Assembly (NCBI GenBank): GCA_031316235.1 | Contig: JALDRA010000001.1 | Coordinates: 3,210,001 to 3,242,000, forward strand | Source: Candidatus Scalindua sp. | Lineage (GTDB): Bacteria; Planctomycetota; Brocadiia; Brocadiales; Scalinduaceae | Length of the DNA: 32,000 nt | Direction: 5' to 3' | Shown: positions 17,409 to 26,784 of the stretch, piece by piece | How the letters are laid out: every line of letters begins with the position of its first letter | Position numbering within the stretch: the first letter of the stretch is position 1 | Notes under the pieces: model-generated | Databases searched by the model: none | Told to the model about the DNA's origin: nothing | The model's input: the letters and a program-made list of their open reading frames with translations, nothing else | Translations under genes and position numbers: made by a program

Positions 17409-19673
17409 ATGGAAAGAGCAAAGGTTTTTCATTCAGCGTATTCAATGTCTATTTTTACAATTGCAGTATTTTTGTTAATAAGCATTGCCACATTCTCACC
17501 AAACGACCCTCCATTTGGAAATTATCCTCTAAACAATCCTGTACAGAATTATTGTGGTAAACTGGGGGCAGGTATTTCCGGCTACCTGATTTCCAGTATC
17601 GGAGTGATTTCATATCTCCTCGCCTTATTAATAGGTGCATTGGGTATTATACTGTTTCTGAGAAAGAAAGTAGAGATCCTGTGGGTAAAGATATTTGGAG
17701 CAATATTGTTTATTTTGTCGATTACGCCGATACTGAGCATTTTCAGCTTTTCCGTAAAGACATTTAAATTGCCGCCTGATATCGGAGGTATCTTTGGTAT
17801 CGTTACTTCACTTAAGCTGATGGAATATCTTGGTGTAACCGGTGCAAGTATACTGCTGACACTTGGATTGCTTGTGGCGGTAATGCTTATTTCCGATAAA
17901 AGTTTGGAACCTCTCGTTCTTTGGGGCTATAAAAAGTGTAAGGGGCTCAATTTTTATCATCCGATGGCACGAGAATATGTTGGTAAGATTATAGAAAAGG
18001 TTCCATCCAGGAGAACTCTGAATCTGGTAGATGATATTTGTGAACTGGATGAACCAGTCAGGAAGAGAGATGAAATCACCACAGATGAACCAGTAAGGAG
18101 GGGAGATGAAATTACCACACAGGTAAGGATAAAATCAGCAGATGATGAGCGGAAACCTAAAAGGCCAGATAAGATTATGAGAAAAGATACTGCCGGTTTT
18201 AGTAAAGATCAAGATTACGTATATCCTCCACTCGAACTCCTGGACGAGCTCCAGAATTACAAATTCGATAACGATGAACATGTGATGGAAAAATCCGAGG
18301 TCTTAAAAAGGACACTGGCTCAGTTTAATGTAAACGCGGAGATAGTAGGTATTGAGAGAGGTCCATCGGTAACAATGCATGAATTGGATTTGGCTCCGGG
18401 TACAAAGCTTGGGAAGGTCTCTTCTCTTTCAGATGATATTGCTATTGCCCTGAAGGCGCCGAGTATTCGTATCGTAGCTCCCATACAGGGAAAATCTACT
18501 ATCGGAATAGAAGTGCCGAATACCCATCGTAAACCGGTAAAGATGCGTGAGTTGTTCGGGACGGTGGATAAGCATATTCAGTCTCAATCGATACCATTAT
18601 TATTGGGTAAGGATATTGCGGGTTATCCATTGATTGCAGATCTTGCCGACATGCCGCATCTTTTAGTCGCTGGCACAACCGGTTCAGGTAAGTCGGTATG
18701 TCTTAATTCCATCATTTTAAGCATACTTTTTCTCCAGCACCCAAAAAATCTCAAGTTGCTGCTGATAGATCCAAAGATGGTTGAGTTTTCTCCATTCAAG
18801 AATGTTCCGCATTTGATCACCCCTGTTGTCACTGACATGAAGAGGGCAGCAGCAATATTGGAATGGGCGGTCAACAAGATGGACGAACGATATGCGCTCC
18901 TTGCAAGGGCGGGAGTGAGAAACATAGTGGGGTATAACAAGTTGGATGAGCTGACAAAACAAAAAAGGCTGAACCCTGAAGGAGATGCGACTATTGATGA
19001 AGAGACTTTTTTTATGCCCCATTTAGTGATAATTGTTGATGAATTGGCTGATTTGATGATGGTAGCTTCGAAAGAGGTGGAGACCTCTATTATCAGGATT
19101 TCCCAAAAGTCAAGGGCTGTCGGCATACACCTCATTGTTGCAACCCAAAGACCGTCAGTTGATGTTATTACGGGTTTGATAAAATCTAACCTGCCTTCAA
19201 GAATTGCCTTTTATGTATTCTCTAAAGTGGATTCACGTACAATTCTGGATCAAAATGGTGCGGAAAAGCTTCTCGGGCGCGGAGACATGCTGTTTTTGCC
19301 TCCCGGTACCTCCAAGCTGGAAAGGGTTCAAGGTACCTTTGTGAGCGAGGAGGAGGTGAATAGAATTGTGGAATTTTTAAAGGAGAGGGCCCATCCGGAA
19401 TTTAGTCCGGAATTGAAGAATGTGCAGGGGACACTTAAAAAGAGTGACTCTGTGAAAGATGATCTGTACGATGAAGCAATTAGAATTATATTGGAATCAC
19501 AGCGTGGGTCGGTTTCTTTATTACAGCGGCGCCTGGAGATTGGGTATTCCCGTGCAGCCAGGTTAATTGATCTGATGGCTGAAGATGGGTTTGTTGGCGA
19601 ATATAAAGGGAGTCAGGCGCGGGAGGTATATATTACGCTTGATGATTGGACAGCTCAGAGGAATCAGAATTAG
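17409..19673 (+). CDS. ftsK: DNA translocase FtsK/SpoIIIE
   Basis: N-terminal membrane helices, Walker A VAGTTGSGKSV, Walker B VIIVDELADLM, and a C-terminal gamma winged-helix LLQRRLEIGYSRAARLIDLM. ATG 17409 lies about 10 nt after GAAGGGGG. Confidence 0.95.
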   Translation: MERAKVFHSAYSMSIFTIAVFLLISIATFSPNDPPFGNYPLNNPVQNYCGKLGAGISGYLISSIGVISYLLALLIGALGIILFLRKKVEILWVKIFGAILFILSITPILSIFSFSVKTFKLPPDIGGIFGIVTSLKLMEYLGVTGASILLTLGLLVAVMLISDKSLEPLVLWGYKKCKGLNFYHPMAREYVGKIIEKVPSRRTLNLVDDICELDEPVRKRDEITTDEPVRRGDEITTQVRIKSADDERKPKRPDKIMRKDTAGFSKDQDYVYPPLELLDELQNYKFDNDEHVMEKSEVLKRTLAQFNVNAEIVGIERGPSVTMHELDLAPGTKLGKVSSLSDDIAIALKAPSIRIVAPIQGKSTIGIEVPNTHRKPVKMRELFGTVDKHIQSQSIPLLLGKDIAGYPLIADLADMPHLLVAGTTGSGKSVCLNSIILSILFLQHPKNLKLLLIDPKMVEFSPFKNVPHLITPVVTDMKRAAAILEWAVNKMDERYALLARAGVRNIVGYNKLDELTKQKRLNPEGDATIDEETFFMPHLVIIVDELADLMMVASKEVETSIIRISQKSRAVGIHLIVATQRPSVDVITGLIKSNLPSRIAFYVFSKVDSRTILDQNGAEKLLGRGDMLFLPPGTSKLERVQGTFVSEEEVNRIVEFLKERAHPEFSPELKNVQGTLKKSDSVKDDLYDEAIRIILESQRGSVSLLQRRLEIGYSRAARLIDLMAEDGFVGEYKGSQAREVYITLDDWTAQRNQN
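18048..18119 (+). repeat. 36-bp x 2 in-frame tandem repeat in the FtsK linker (DEPVRKRDEITT / DEPVRRGDEITT)
   Basis: 18048-18083 and 18084-18119 differ at a few positions only. Confidence 0.9.
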
Positions 19674-19853
19674 TGGCTGAACAAAAACTAGCACCTACCC
19701 TGTCCATTACCGTAATGATTCCATAATCACCAGATCAATGAGTACGTTCCGGTAACGAAATTACTATGCTCCTTGAATACGGGCAGTTTTCGTTCAGTCG
19801 CAGCTTCAGCAATTTCAAACTTTAAGGTGAATTGACAAAAACTATTTAAATCC

Positions 19854-19876
19854 CCCCTGGTTCTTTATTCCAGGGG
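19854..19876 (+). terminator. Hairpin CCCCTGG-9 nt-CCAGGGG downstream of ftsK
   Basis: 7-bp GC-rich stem followed by ATAAGTTTTATT. The U-tract is interrupted. Confidence 0.35.
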
Positions 19877-19907
19877 ATAAGTTTTATTGAGGGGAGGGTA
19901 ATTATCT

Positions 19908-20516
19908 ATGAGTGTTGAGTCAGGCAATGCAGATGTTCCCGAAAATAAGCCAAATCGCGGGGGAAGAGAACTCTTTAACCTCCCCAACAAATTAACCCTT
20001 TCCAGATTTATTCTCTCAGTTGTCTTTTTTTTCCTGCTCTCTTATGAATTTTTTATTTCCGCTTTAGTGGTTTTTTTCCTGGCGGTTGTTACCGACTGGT
20101 TTGACGGATATTATGCGAGAAAACGGGGGCAATCGACAGACCTTGGCAGAATGGCAGATCCTTTTGTTGACAAGGTGATTATCTGTGGCGGGTTTATTAT
20201 CATGATCCCACTTGCAGAGGAGATCGTTGCTCCATGGATGGTGATTGTAATTGTGATGCGGGAGTTCTTTGTCAGCAGCATAAGGGGTTATTCAGAATCT
20301 AAGGGTGTTCCTTTTGCCAGTAATATCTGGGGGAAGACAAAGATGTTTTGCCAATCGGTAACAATATTTATTCTCATCCTCTATGTAGCACACTTCAGCA
20401 GTATAGGCTGGACGGGATATGTTGTTTACAGCGGTATGTGGATTACGGTTATTGTCACCCTTTTTTCGGCTGTCTTTTACCTCATCTCCGGCAAGAAAGT
20501 CCTTCTTGCTTCGTAA
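19908..20516 (+). CDS. pgsA: CDP-diacylglycerol--glycerol-3-phosphate 3-phosphatidyltransferase (CDP-alcohol phosphatidyltransferase family)
   Basis: DWFDGYYARKRGQSTDLGRMADPFVDK matches the D(x2)DG(x2)AR...G(x3)D(x3)D motif. Polytopic, 202 aa. Confidence 0.88.
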   Translation: MSVESGNADVPENKPNRGGRELFNLPNKLTLSRFILSVVFFFLLSYEFFISALVVFFLAVVTDWFDGYYARKRGQSTDLGRMADPFVDKVIICGGFIIMIPLAEEIVAPWMVIVIVMREFFVSSIRGYSESKGVPFASNIWGKTKMFCQSVTIFILILYVAHFSSIGWTGYVVYSGMWITVIVTLFSAVFYLISGKKVLLAS

Positions 20517-20590
20517 TAGATTTTCATATTTACTACTTTTGATAATTGCATTATGCTGAACACCAGAAACCTTGAGGTTTACTATTTATC

Positions 20591-20657
20591 GGGGCTGCTG
20601 CATTAAACTTCTATCATTATGATTACATACAGGTGCTGACTCTTTATGCGGAGCCCC
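20591..20657 (+). promoter_or_regulatory. Long stem-loop in the czcD leader
   Basis: GGGGCTGCTGCA (20591-20602) pairs with TGCGGAGCCCC (20647-20657). That is 10 of 11 opposed positions (one G.T wobble) plus one unpaired G at 20597. The stem encloses about 44 nt and ends 22 nt before the czcD ATG. Confidence 0.3.
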
Positions 20658-20679
20658 AGCCCTATGACTCGGAAAATAT

Positions 20680-21594
20680 ATGAGCCACGATCACTGTAAC
20701 AGGAGAGACAATTACAATCGTTCCTTTGCAATTGGTGTTATACTTAATATTGTTTTCGTTGCTATTGAAGCCAGCTATGGTATATTTGCCGACTCACTTG
20801 CACTGATAGCGGACGCAGGACACAACTTAAGTGATGTTGTCAGTCTTTTACTTGCCTGGTGGGCAAGCGTACTTGCCACAAAAGCTGCGACAGAAAAGCG
20901 GACGTATGGTTTCAGAAAGGCGACAGTCATGGCTTCACTGGTTAGTGCGATACTTCTTTTTGTTGCGCTCGGAGGCATTACCTGGGAAGCTGTCGGACGG
21001 TTTTTGCACCCGGAGCCTGTAGAAGGCATGACAGTTATTATAGTGGCTGCAATTGGAGTCTTCATCAATACCCTGACCGCATTGCTTTTTATCAACGATC
21101 AAAAACACGACCTAAATATAAGAGGTGCCTTCCTTCATATGGCTGCTGATGCAGTGGTATCGCTCGGAGTGGTTGTCGCCGGTATATTTATCATAATGAA
21201 GGGCTGGCTGTGGATCGATCCTGTGGTGAGCCTTGTGATCGTGGTTGTTATCCTTGTCGGCACATGGGGGTTTCTTCGGGATTCCATAAACTATGCTATG
21301 GATGCCGTGCCGGATAGAATCGATATTCCTGCAATAAAGAACTATTTGGTTAGCTTTGATCACGTCAATCGAATTCACGATTTGCATGTCTGGCCGTTGA
21401 GCACCACCGAAATTGCACTGACTGTTCATGTAGTAGTGAATGACGCCTCGCTGGATAATAATTTCCTGCGGAGCCTCCAGCTACATCTGCACCATCGTTT
21501 CGGAATAGTGCATTCTACAATCCAGGTTGAGACAGCCATGGGTGAAAATGAATGTATGCTGGATACTCATAAATGCGTATATAAGAAGGGCTAA
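20680..21594 (+). CDS. czcD: Cation diffusion facilitator family metal efflux transporter (CzcD/ZitB-like)
   Basis: 304 aa. His-rich N-terminus, ADAGHNLSDV and FLHMAADA transmembrane metal-site motifs, C-terminal cytoplasmic domain. Confidence 0.92.
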   Translation: MSHDHCNRRDNYNRSFAIGVILNIVFVAIEASYGIFADSLALIADAGHNLSDVVSLLLAWWASVLATKAATEKRTYGFRKATVMASLVSAILLFVALGGITWEAVGRFLHPEPVEGMTVIIVAAIGVFINTLTALLFINDQKHDLNIRGAFLHMAADAVVSLGVVVAGIFIIMKGWLWIDPVVSLVIVVVILVGTWGFLRDSINYAMDAVPDRIDIPAIKNYLVSFDHVNRIHDLHVWPLSTTEIALTVHVVVNDASLDNNFLRSLQLHLHHRFGIVHSTIQVETAMGENECMLDTHKCVYKKG

Positions 21595-21595
21595 G

Positions 21596-21612
21596 AAGGT
21601 GTTTCACCTTTT
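21596..21612 (+). terminator. Short hairpin AAGGTG-TTT-CACCTT followed by TT, then a second hairpin at about 21614-21640
   Basis: Lies immediately after the czcD stop. Weak stem and short U-tract. Confidence 0.3.
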
Positions 21613-21740
21613 CATCACCGGACGGCATCTGCCGGTGAGCTCCGTCGTGATGCTATGGAAACTGAATTAACTGTGCTCCCATTACAGAGGTTCCCCTCAC
21701 GTGGTGGCTGCTTATTCGGAGTGTTTGGCAGTAAAATAAA

Positions 21741-22454
21741 ATGAAAGAGATCATTGAAATAATAATGTATTCTTTATTCGCCGGTGTAACAATATTTTTC
21801 GGTGGTCTCCTGGCCCGGACGTTTGAAAAATACTGCAGGAAGAAAATAGAATCTTATATTATTCATTGGTCCGTTGCTTTTGGAGGTGGGATACTTGTTG
21901 CTGCTGTAGCCTTCGTTTTGACACCAAAGGCCATTGAAGCGTTTTCCGTCCTGCAGCTCACAGTTATTTTCGCATCCGGAGCACTGACCTTTTTCATATT
22001 AGATAAAAGTATAGAAAAAAGAGGAGGTATATTAGCGCAGACCATGGCAATGCTGATGGATTTTATTCCAGAAGCTATTGCTTTGGGAGCTACTTTTGTC
22101 CATGATCATAAATTGGGGATACTGCTGGCTTTTTTTATAGGATTCCAGAACTTACCGGAATCCTTTAATGCTTATTTTGATCTGCGTAAAAGTAATCATT
22201 CCCCTGGAAGCATTTTGCGTGTATTTTTTTTACTTTGTTTTTTTGGAGTATTTTCAGCTCTTGCCGGAAGATACTTTTTAATTAATCATGATAATATTAC
22301 CAAGGGGATCATGCTGTTTTCAGCAGGAGGTATTTTGTATTTGATATTCCAGGATATTGCACCCTTGTCAAAAATCCGGAAGCATTGGGAGCCGGCGCTT
22401 GGGGCAATTCTTGGCTTTCTTATTGGCATGATAGGAACGAAATTATTTGGTTGA
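21741..22454 (+). CDS. ZIP family divalent metal transporter (ZupT/GufA-like)
   Basis: 237 aa, polytopic. MDFIPEAIALG and FIGFQNLPES motifs characteristic of ZIP permeases. Confidence 0.82.
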   Translation: MKEIIEIIMYSLFAGVTIFFGGLLARTFEKYCRKKIESYIIHWSVAFGGGILVAAVAFVLTPKAIEAFSVLQLTVIFASGALTFFILDKSIEKRGGILAQTMAMLMDFIPEAIALGATFVHDHKLGILLAFFIGFQNLPESFNAYFDLRKSNHSPGSILRVFFLLCFFGVFSALAGRYFLINHDNITKGIMLFSAGGILYLIFQDIAPLSKIRKHWEPALGAILGFLIGMIGTKLFG

Positions 22455-22851
22455 ATAAAATATCTGATGAAATGAGCTCCGCTTTGGTTATCCTCCAACG
22501 TACCACAACCAGCGAAAATCTGTTGCCGTTTATTATCATGACAACAAGGGAAAACGAAATATTTGCGCACAATCATAAATGTGGAACAGAAGAGGAAGCA
22601 GTAAATAGTTTTTATAAATTGTATAAGTTTTTGTTATTACAGGAGTTATGAAAATGCATGCGTATTGTCTGCGAAAAATTTTTCATTGGCATGTATATTG
22701 CTTATATATTTTACAGGTATCGATGCTGGTGTATGATTACTGCGGGCACTTTTTGGTTTTTACAATATGTCCTGCAGTAAGTAAGAAATCAGCAGCAGAT
22801 TTTACCGAAGGTTATTTTAATTTTTTTATGTGAAACAAGGAGAAATGAATT

Positions 22852-23505
22852 ATGTCAATTATGTCGGATGCGTATATGAAGATGTACCCTATGGAGGCAA
22901 AAAAGAAAGTGACCTCGGGAAAGGGTACCGCAGTATTGGATATTCCTGAATTTAAAAAAGCATGGGAGCTTTACCAAGAAACCAGCATAGATATAACCAA
23001 GCGTTTTGAGTATATGGCACAGTGCCTGAACTTTACGGATAAAGATACTGAGGCTATTAAGGAATCCAAGGAAATTATTGCTGCAAACCTTAAAACAATC
23101 CTTGATCACATTTATTATGAAAAACTGATAAAGGACCCATGGCTGTCCAAATGGTTCAGGGATGAAAAAGGAAATATTGCCAAACAATATGTTGATGTCC
23201 GGAGGGCGAAACAACAGAAATTCCTGCTTAAGATACTAGAGTGTAAGTGGGATGAAGAGTTCTGGAACCATGTCAGATGGGTTGGTGCTATCCATGTGCC
23301 GACATTTGGTCTTGAGGAAATGTATATACCCGTCCGATTGAACATTGCGTTGTGGGGCTATTTACACCAGTATCTCTTCAACCTCTTTGCTGAGGAGTTG
23401 AAGAACGATCCGGATAAACTACGCAGGATTACAACTGCCTGGACAAAATTCTTCTGGATATTCATCGATATATACCATATTGAATATTTTCCATCCTGGA
23501 TGTAA
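22852..23505 (+). CDS. Single-domain protoglobin / globin-coupled-sensor-type globin without output domain
   Basis: 217 aa. F.D.D...I......I....L..I.D.IYYEKL pattern with a B10-like Tyr, then W..VGAIHVPTFGLEEMY as the proximal-His region. GGAG RBS. Followed by a strong terminator. Confidence 0.7.
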   Translation: MSIMSDAYMKMYPMEAKKKVTSGKGTAVLDIPEFKKAWELYQETSIDITKRFEYMAQCLNFTDKDTEAIKESKEIIAANLKTILDHIYYEKLIKDPWLSKWFRDEKGNIAKQYVDVRRAKQQKFLLKILECKWDEEFWNHVRWVGAIHVPTFGLEEMYIPVRLNIALWGYLHQYLFNLFAEELKNDPDKLRRITTAWTKFFWIFIDIYHIEYFPSWM

Positions 23506-23584
23506 CCTCAGCTCAGCCTGCTGTATTATAAGCAGAATAACCGGAGATGGTGTGAAGAATAGTCTGGATACGGAAAAACCGGAA

Positions 23585-23614
23585 GCCCTCTGCACAGGCA
23601 GGGGGCTTTTTTTT
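23585..23614 (+). terminator. Rho-independent terminator
   Basis: GCCCTCTGC-ACAG-GCAGGGGGC 9-bp stem (one G.T pair) followed by T8. Confidence 0.75.
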
Positions 23615-23856
23615 CTGGAGAAAAAACATTTTTTCATCCTATTGAAAAACAACAGAAGGGATCGCTGTCTGACTTTACCAGGAGAGGTTTCCGTAGATTT
23701 GAAAGCAGAAAGAAATATCGTTGCATCTTGAGGCGTAAGCAGGACCGACCGGGTATTGAGAGGTCTGTCAGTTAATCAGGGTATCTGAGGATAAGCATAA
23801 CCGGATATGAAAGGCTATACTTATCCCGGAAGCAGAATCCCTGAATCCTCAGTATG

Positions 23857-24591
23857 TTAAGACGTCTCTTTTACCACAAACATTCCCTCAATGTCTTCCA
23901 TTAATACCATCTTTATTCTCTCATGCCACAATTTTCCAAATTCTTCAATTTGTTCCTTGGAACCGGTACCGCTAACCGAAAGAGGCATCAGTTCTCCCAT
24001 CTTCGGATTAACGGGAAGCATATTGTTCGTGTAAGAAACTTCGACCGATTTGCCATTGTCTGTCCGTGTAAAGATTGCGGAACAGATAGCGCCTGCAGGA
24101 GGCTGGCTTTCTTCATCAAACGTTAAGAGATTGTTCCGGTTAAATTTCCCGCCGCCTAATCCATGAAACCCGTTTTCTGCTGCAGCACCCGTTATTAAAG
24201 TGACAACTTGAGATATCGGACCATTTACCTTGTACTCGATTCCACCCCGAAATTTCACCTTTATCTCACCCCTGATCGGTGTCTCGTCACCATAAAGCTT
24301 CTTTAATGCAATCTGTGTCAAACGATATGCACCCGAGACCGCAGGGCAGGAATGACCTGCAGTTTTTACTGCATCGCCATATTTGTAGACGAAAGGTTCG
24401 TCCTTGTCCATTGCACCTAAAGCAACGGCAAGTGGGTCCTTTAATTTGATGGGCTCTACTTGATCAAAAAAATCTCTGTTAAATTTTGTCTGTCCTTCTG
24501 ACATTACGTTACCTCCGCTAATAAGAATAAAAAGGAAAAAAGAAACTGGGAAAAAGATGCCTGTATGAAACCGGGATTTTTCTCTTACCAT
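23857..24591 (-). CDS. FmdE-family domain protein with N-terminal signal/anchor
   Basis: 244 aa. The hydrophobic N-terminus and the GHSCPAVSGAYRL motif resemble the HxCPG..xG.R core of the FmdE family. Confidence 0.65.
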   Translation of the reverse strand: MVREKSRFHTGIFFPVSFFLFILISGGNVMSEGQTKFNRDFFDQVEPIKLKDPLAVALGAMDKDEPFVYKYGDAVKTAGHSCPAVSGAYRLTQIALKKLYGDETPIRGEIKVKFRGGIEYKVNGPISQVVTLITGAAAENGFHGLGGGKFNRNNLLTFDEESQPPAGAICSAIFTRTDNGKSVEVSYTNNMLPVNPKMGELMPLSVSGTGSKEQIEEFGKLWHERIKMVLMEDIEGMFVVKETS

Positions 24592-24613
24592 GTGACGATG
24601 TGTCCTCCACGAA

Positions 24614-24919
24614 TTACCTGTACCGGTTCCTTAAGGAAAACCCTTTCAGAATAATTGCGTATGAGCCCAACCCGAGAACTAAATTGATAATGTTGAGGAG
24701 AAGGGGTAGTTGCTTAAACCCCAACAAGATGGTACCCCAAAAAAACACGGTTCCAAAATGAAAATAGACAATTATGAGAAACCAGTTTAAGGGAGTGATT
24801 ATCTTCTTGCAGTTTTCACACTCAAGAGTGTTTTTATTGCAGGACGGTATAAAACCATATAAAATGCTCGTAAAGGCCTTGAATTTTAAGGGTTTTGAAC
24901 AATTAGGGCAAGTTCGCAT
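24614..24919 (-). CDS. Zinc-ribbon (CxxC...CxxC) membrane protein
   Basis: MRTCPNCSKPL...CENCKK followed by two hydrophobic helices. The stop is 22 nt upstream of the FmdE-like start. Upstream in-frame starts up to 25000 are possible. Confidence 0.55.
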   Translation of the reverse strand: MRTCPNCSKPLKFKAFTSILYGFIPSCNKNTLECENCKKIITPLNWFLIIVYFHFGTVFFWGTILLGFKQLPLLLNIINLVLGLGSYAIILKGFSLRNRYR

Positions 24920-25119
24920 GGATGTTTCACCAACTAAGGTACTGATCATAAAATGCGAAAAACTGATTATAGGTTTAAATTGAGATAAAATCAATCTCAA
25001 AAAATTGGCAGGGTAAAAAATTTACGAGATTTCATTTCGAAAAGCTTGGGTAAAGTGTTTATCGCATAGCCTGGAATGTTCAAAATCCCTGGATAGCACG
25101 TTATCAACTACAATTCTTT

Positions 25120-25302
25120 ACGATGCGGGTTATTACACCGGTCTGGAGTACTCTCTCGCTATGTCAGTTCCTGTTTTAAGGATGCTGCTGCGAAAAATGA
25201 GCTGACACCCGGTACCATTTCGTACTCCAAACCCCTCGTACCCAATTCTGACATCTGTTCCTGTATGGTATCGTAAATTGATGGATCACCTGTATGAATC
25301 CC
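25120..25302 (-). pseudogene. Relic of a tetrapyrrole (precorrin) methyltransferase, CbiF/CobM-like
   Basis: The minus-strand frame reads [47 protein letters not shown], then a TAG stop. A shifted frame continues [19 protein letters not shown] and VPGVSSF..AA are hallmark motifs. There is no start, the N-terminal part is missing, and the fragment begins 2 nt from the phoU stop. Confidence 0.65.
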
Positions 25303-25304
25303 TG

Positions 25305-25970
25305 TTAATAATTTGATACGTTCATTTCTTCCATTTTACCCGTTACGAGATAAACAATACGTTCACAAATATTTGTCACACGGTCTGCTATTCTCTCTAA
25401 ATTATGGGCAGCCCAAATAAGATACGTTGCCCGGGTAATAGTCTTTGGATCCTCAATCATGATCTTTAAAAGTTCCCGATAGACATGTTCGTAGATCTCA
25501 TCGACTTTATCATCCTCATTGCATAAGGCTCGTGCTGTTTTATCGTCCCGGTTTGCAAATGCTTCAAGGCTCTTCTTCAGCATGTCTACAGCCTTTTCAG
25601 CCATTTGCGGAATCTGTACTAATGGTTTCACAAGAGGTTGACCTTCATGCATAAGAACAATCTTCGCGATACCCTCTGCATGGTCACCCATCCGTTCCAG
25701 GTCAGTAATGATATTTAAGACAGTTATGAGTTCTCTCAGATCGGTTGCGACAGGTTGCTGGGTTGCAAAGAGGCGGACACACACTTCTTCAATCTCCCAT
25801 CGTTTCTTATTTATAAGGGAATCATCAGCAATAATTTTTCTTGCGTTATCCACATTACCTTCTTTTAACGCTTTTACAGAATTATTAATGGCCTCACTGA
25901 CCATGTCGCCGGTAATGATTAGATCATCTTCAAGTGCATTCATGTTTTTCCTGAATGCCTTTCTTGACAT
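25305..25970 (-). CDS. phoU: Phosphate signalling complex protein PhoU
   Basis: 221 aa. Duplicated [13 protein letters not shown] and [12 protein letters not shown] repeats. Confidence 0.95.
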   Translation of the reverse strand: MSRKAFRKNMNALEDDLIITGDMVSEAINNSVKALKEGNVDNARKIIADDSLINKKRWEIEEVCVRLFATQQPVATDLRELITVLNIITDLERMGDHAEGIAKIVLMHEGQPLVKPLVQIPQMAEKAVDMLKKSLEAFANRDDKTARALCNEDDKVDEIYEHVYRELLKIMIEDPKTITRATYLIWAAHNLERIADRVTNICERIVYLVTGKMEEMNVSNY

Positions 25971-26009
25971 ATTAACACTTCCTCCTTTCCATTTGAGATC
26001 TCCCCAGGT

Positions 26010-26762
26010 TTAACCGAAGTGCCCGCTGATGTAATTTTCCGTAAGCTTTTTTCTTGGTCTCGTAAAGATTGAATTTGTATTGTCGAACTCAATAAGTTTC
26101 CCCACAAAAAGAAATCCGGTAAAATCAGATACTCTTGCCGCCTGCTGCATATTGTGAGTTACTATTATAACGGTATATTTTTTTTTCAGTTTTACCATTA
26201 ACTCTTCCACCCTGAACGTGCTGGCCGGGTCCAGGGCCGAGCAGGGTTCATCCATCAGTATTATATCGGGTTTTACTGCAAGTGCCCTGGCGATACACAG
26301 CCTTTGCTGCTGGCCTCCTGAAAGCTCATACGCTGAAGTCTGAAGCCTGTCCTTTGTCTCCTTCCAGAGTCCGCAGTCCACTAAACTCTCTTCAACGATT
26401 CTGGATATCTTCTTTTTGTCTTTAATACCGTTTATCCGTAATCCGTAGGCGATATTGTCATATATTGTTTTTGGAAACGGGTTTGGTTTCTGAAATACCA
26501 TTCCTATTTTTCGCCGCAATTCAACCACGTCAACATCGTGTGCATAGATATTTTTCCCGTTAAACAGGATTTGTCCCTCAATCCTTGACGAGGGAACAAG
26601 GTCATTCATTCTATTCATACAGCGTAATAGGCTCGATTTTCCACATCCAGACGGGCCGATAATAGCCGTAATCTTCATCTGAGGAATATTCAGGCTTATG
26701 CGTTTTAAAATCTGCTTTTCACCGTAAGACAAGCTGAATTCTTTTATGTCTATCTTGTCCAT
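26010..26762 (-). CDS. pstB: Phosphate ABC transporter ATP-binding protein PstB
   Basis: 250 aa. [56 protein letters not shown] and the C-terminal YISGHFG are all PstB-specific. Confidence 0.95.
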   Translation of the reverse strand: MDKIDIKEFSLSYGEKQILKRISLNIPQMKITAIIGPSGCGKSSLLRCMNRMNDLVPSSRIEGQILFNGKNIYAHDVDVVELRRKIGMVFQKPNPFPKTIYDNIAYGLRINGIKDKKKISRIVEESLVDCGLWKETKDRLQTSAYELSGGQQQRLCIARALAVKPDIILMDEPCSALDPASTFRVEELMVKLKKKYTVIIVTHNMQQAARVSDFTGFLFVGKLIEFDNTNSIFTRPRKKLTENYISGHFG

Positions 26763-26784
26763 ATGATTTGAGGATCTGCTTCCA

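Noticed and set aside
20517-20679. NiCo (czcD motif) riboswitch upstream of czcD
   Set aside because: A long helix exists, but I cannot place the four-way-junction consensus nucleotides. It is kept only as an unclassified stem-loop.
22385-22833. ORFs of 88 and 61 aa in the AT-rich spacer before the protoglobin gene
   Set aside because: The first overlaps the ZIP gene end out of frame. The second is rich in Cys, His, Tyr and Phe, as expected from AT-rich noncoding sequence. Neither has convincing start signals or motifs.
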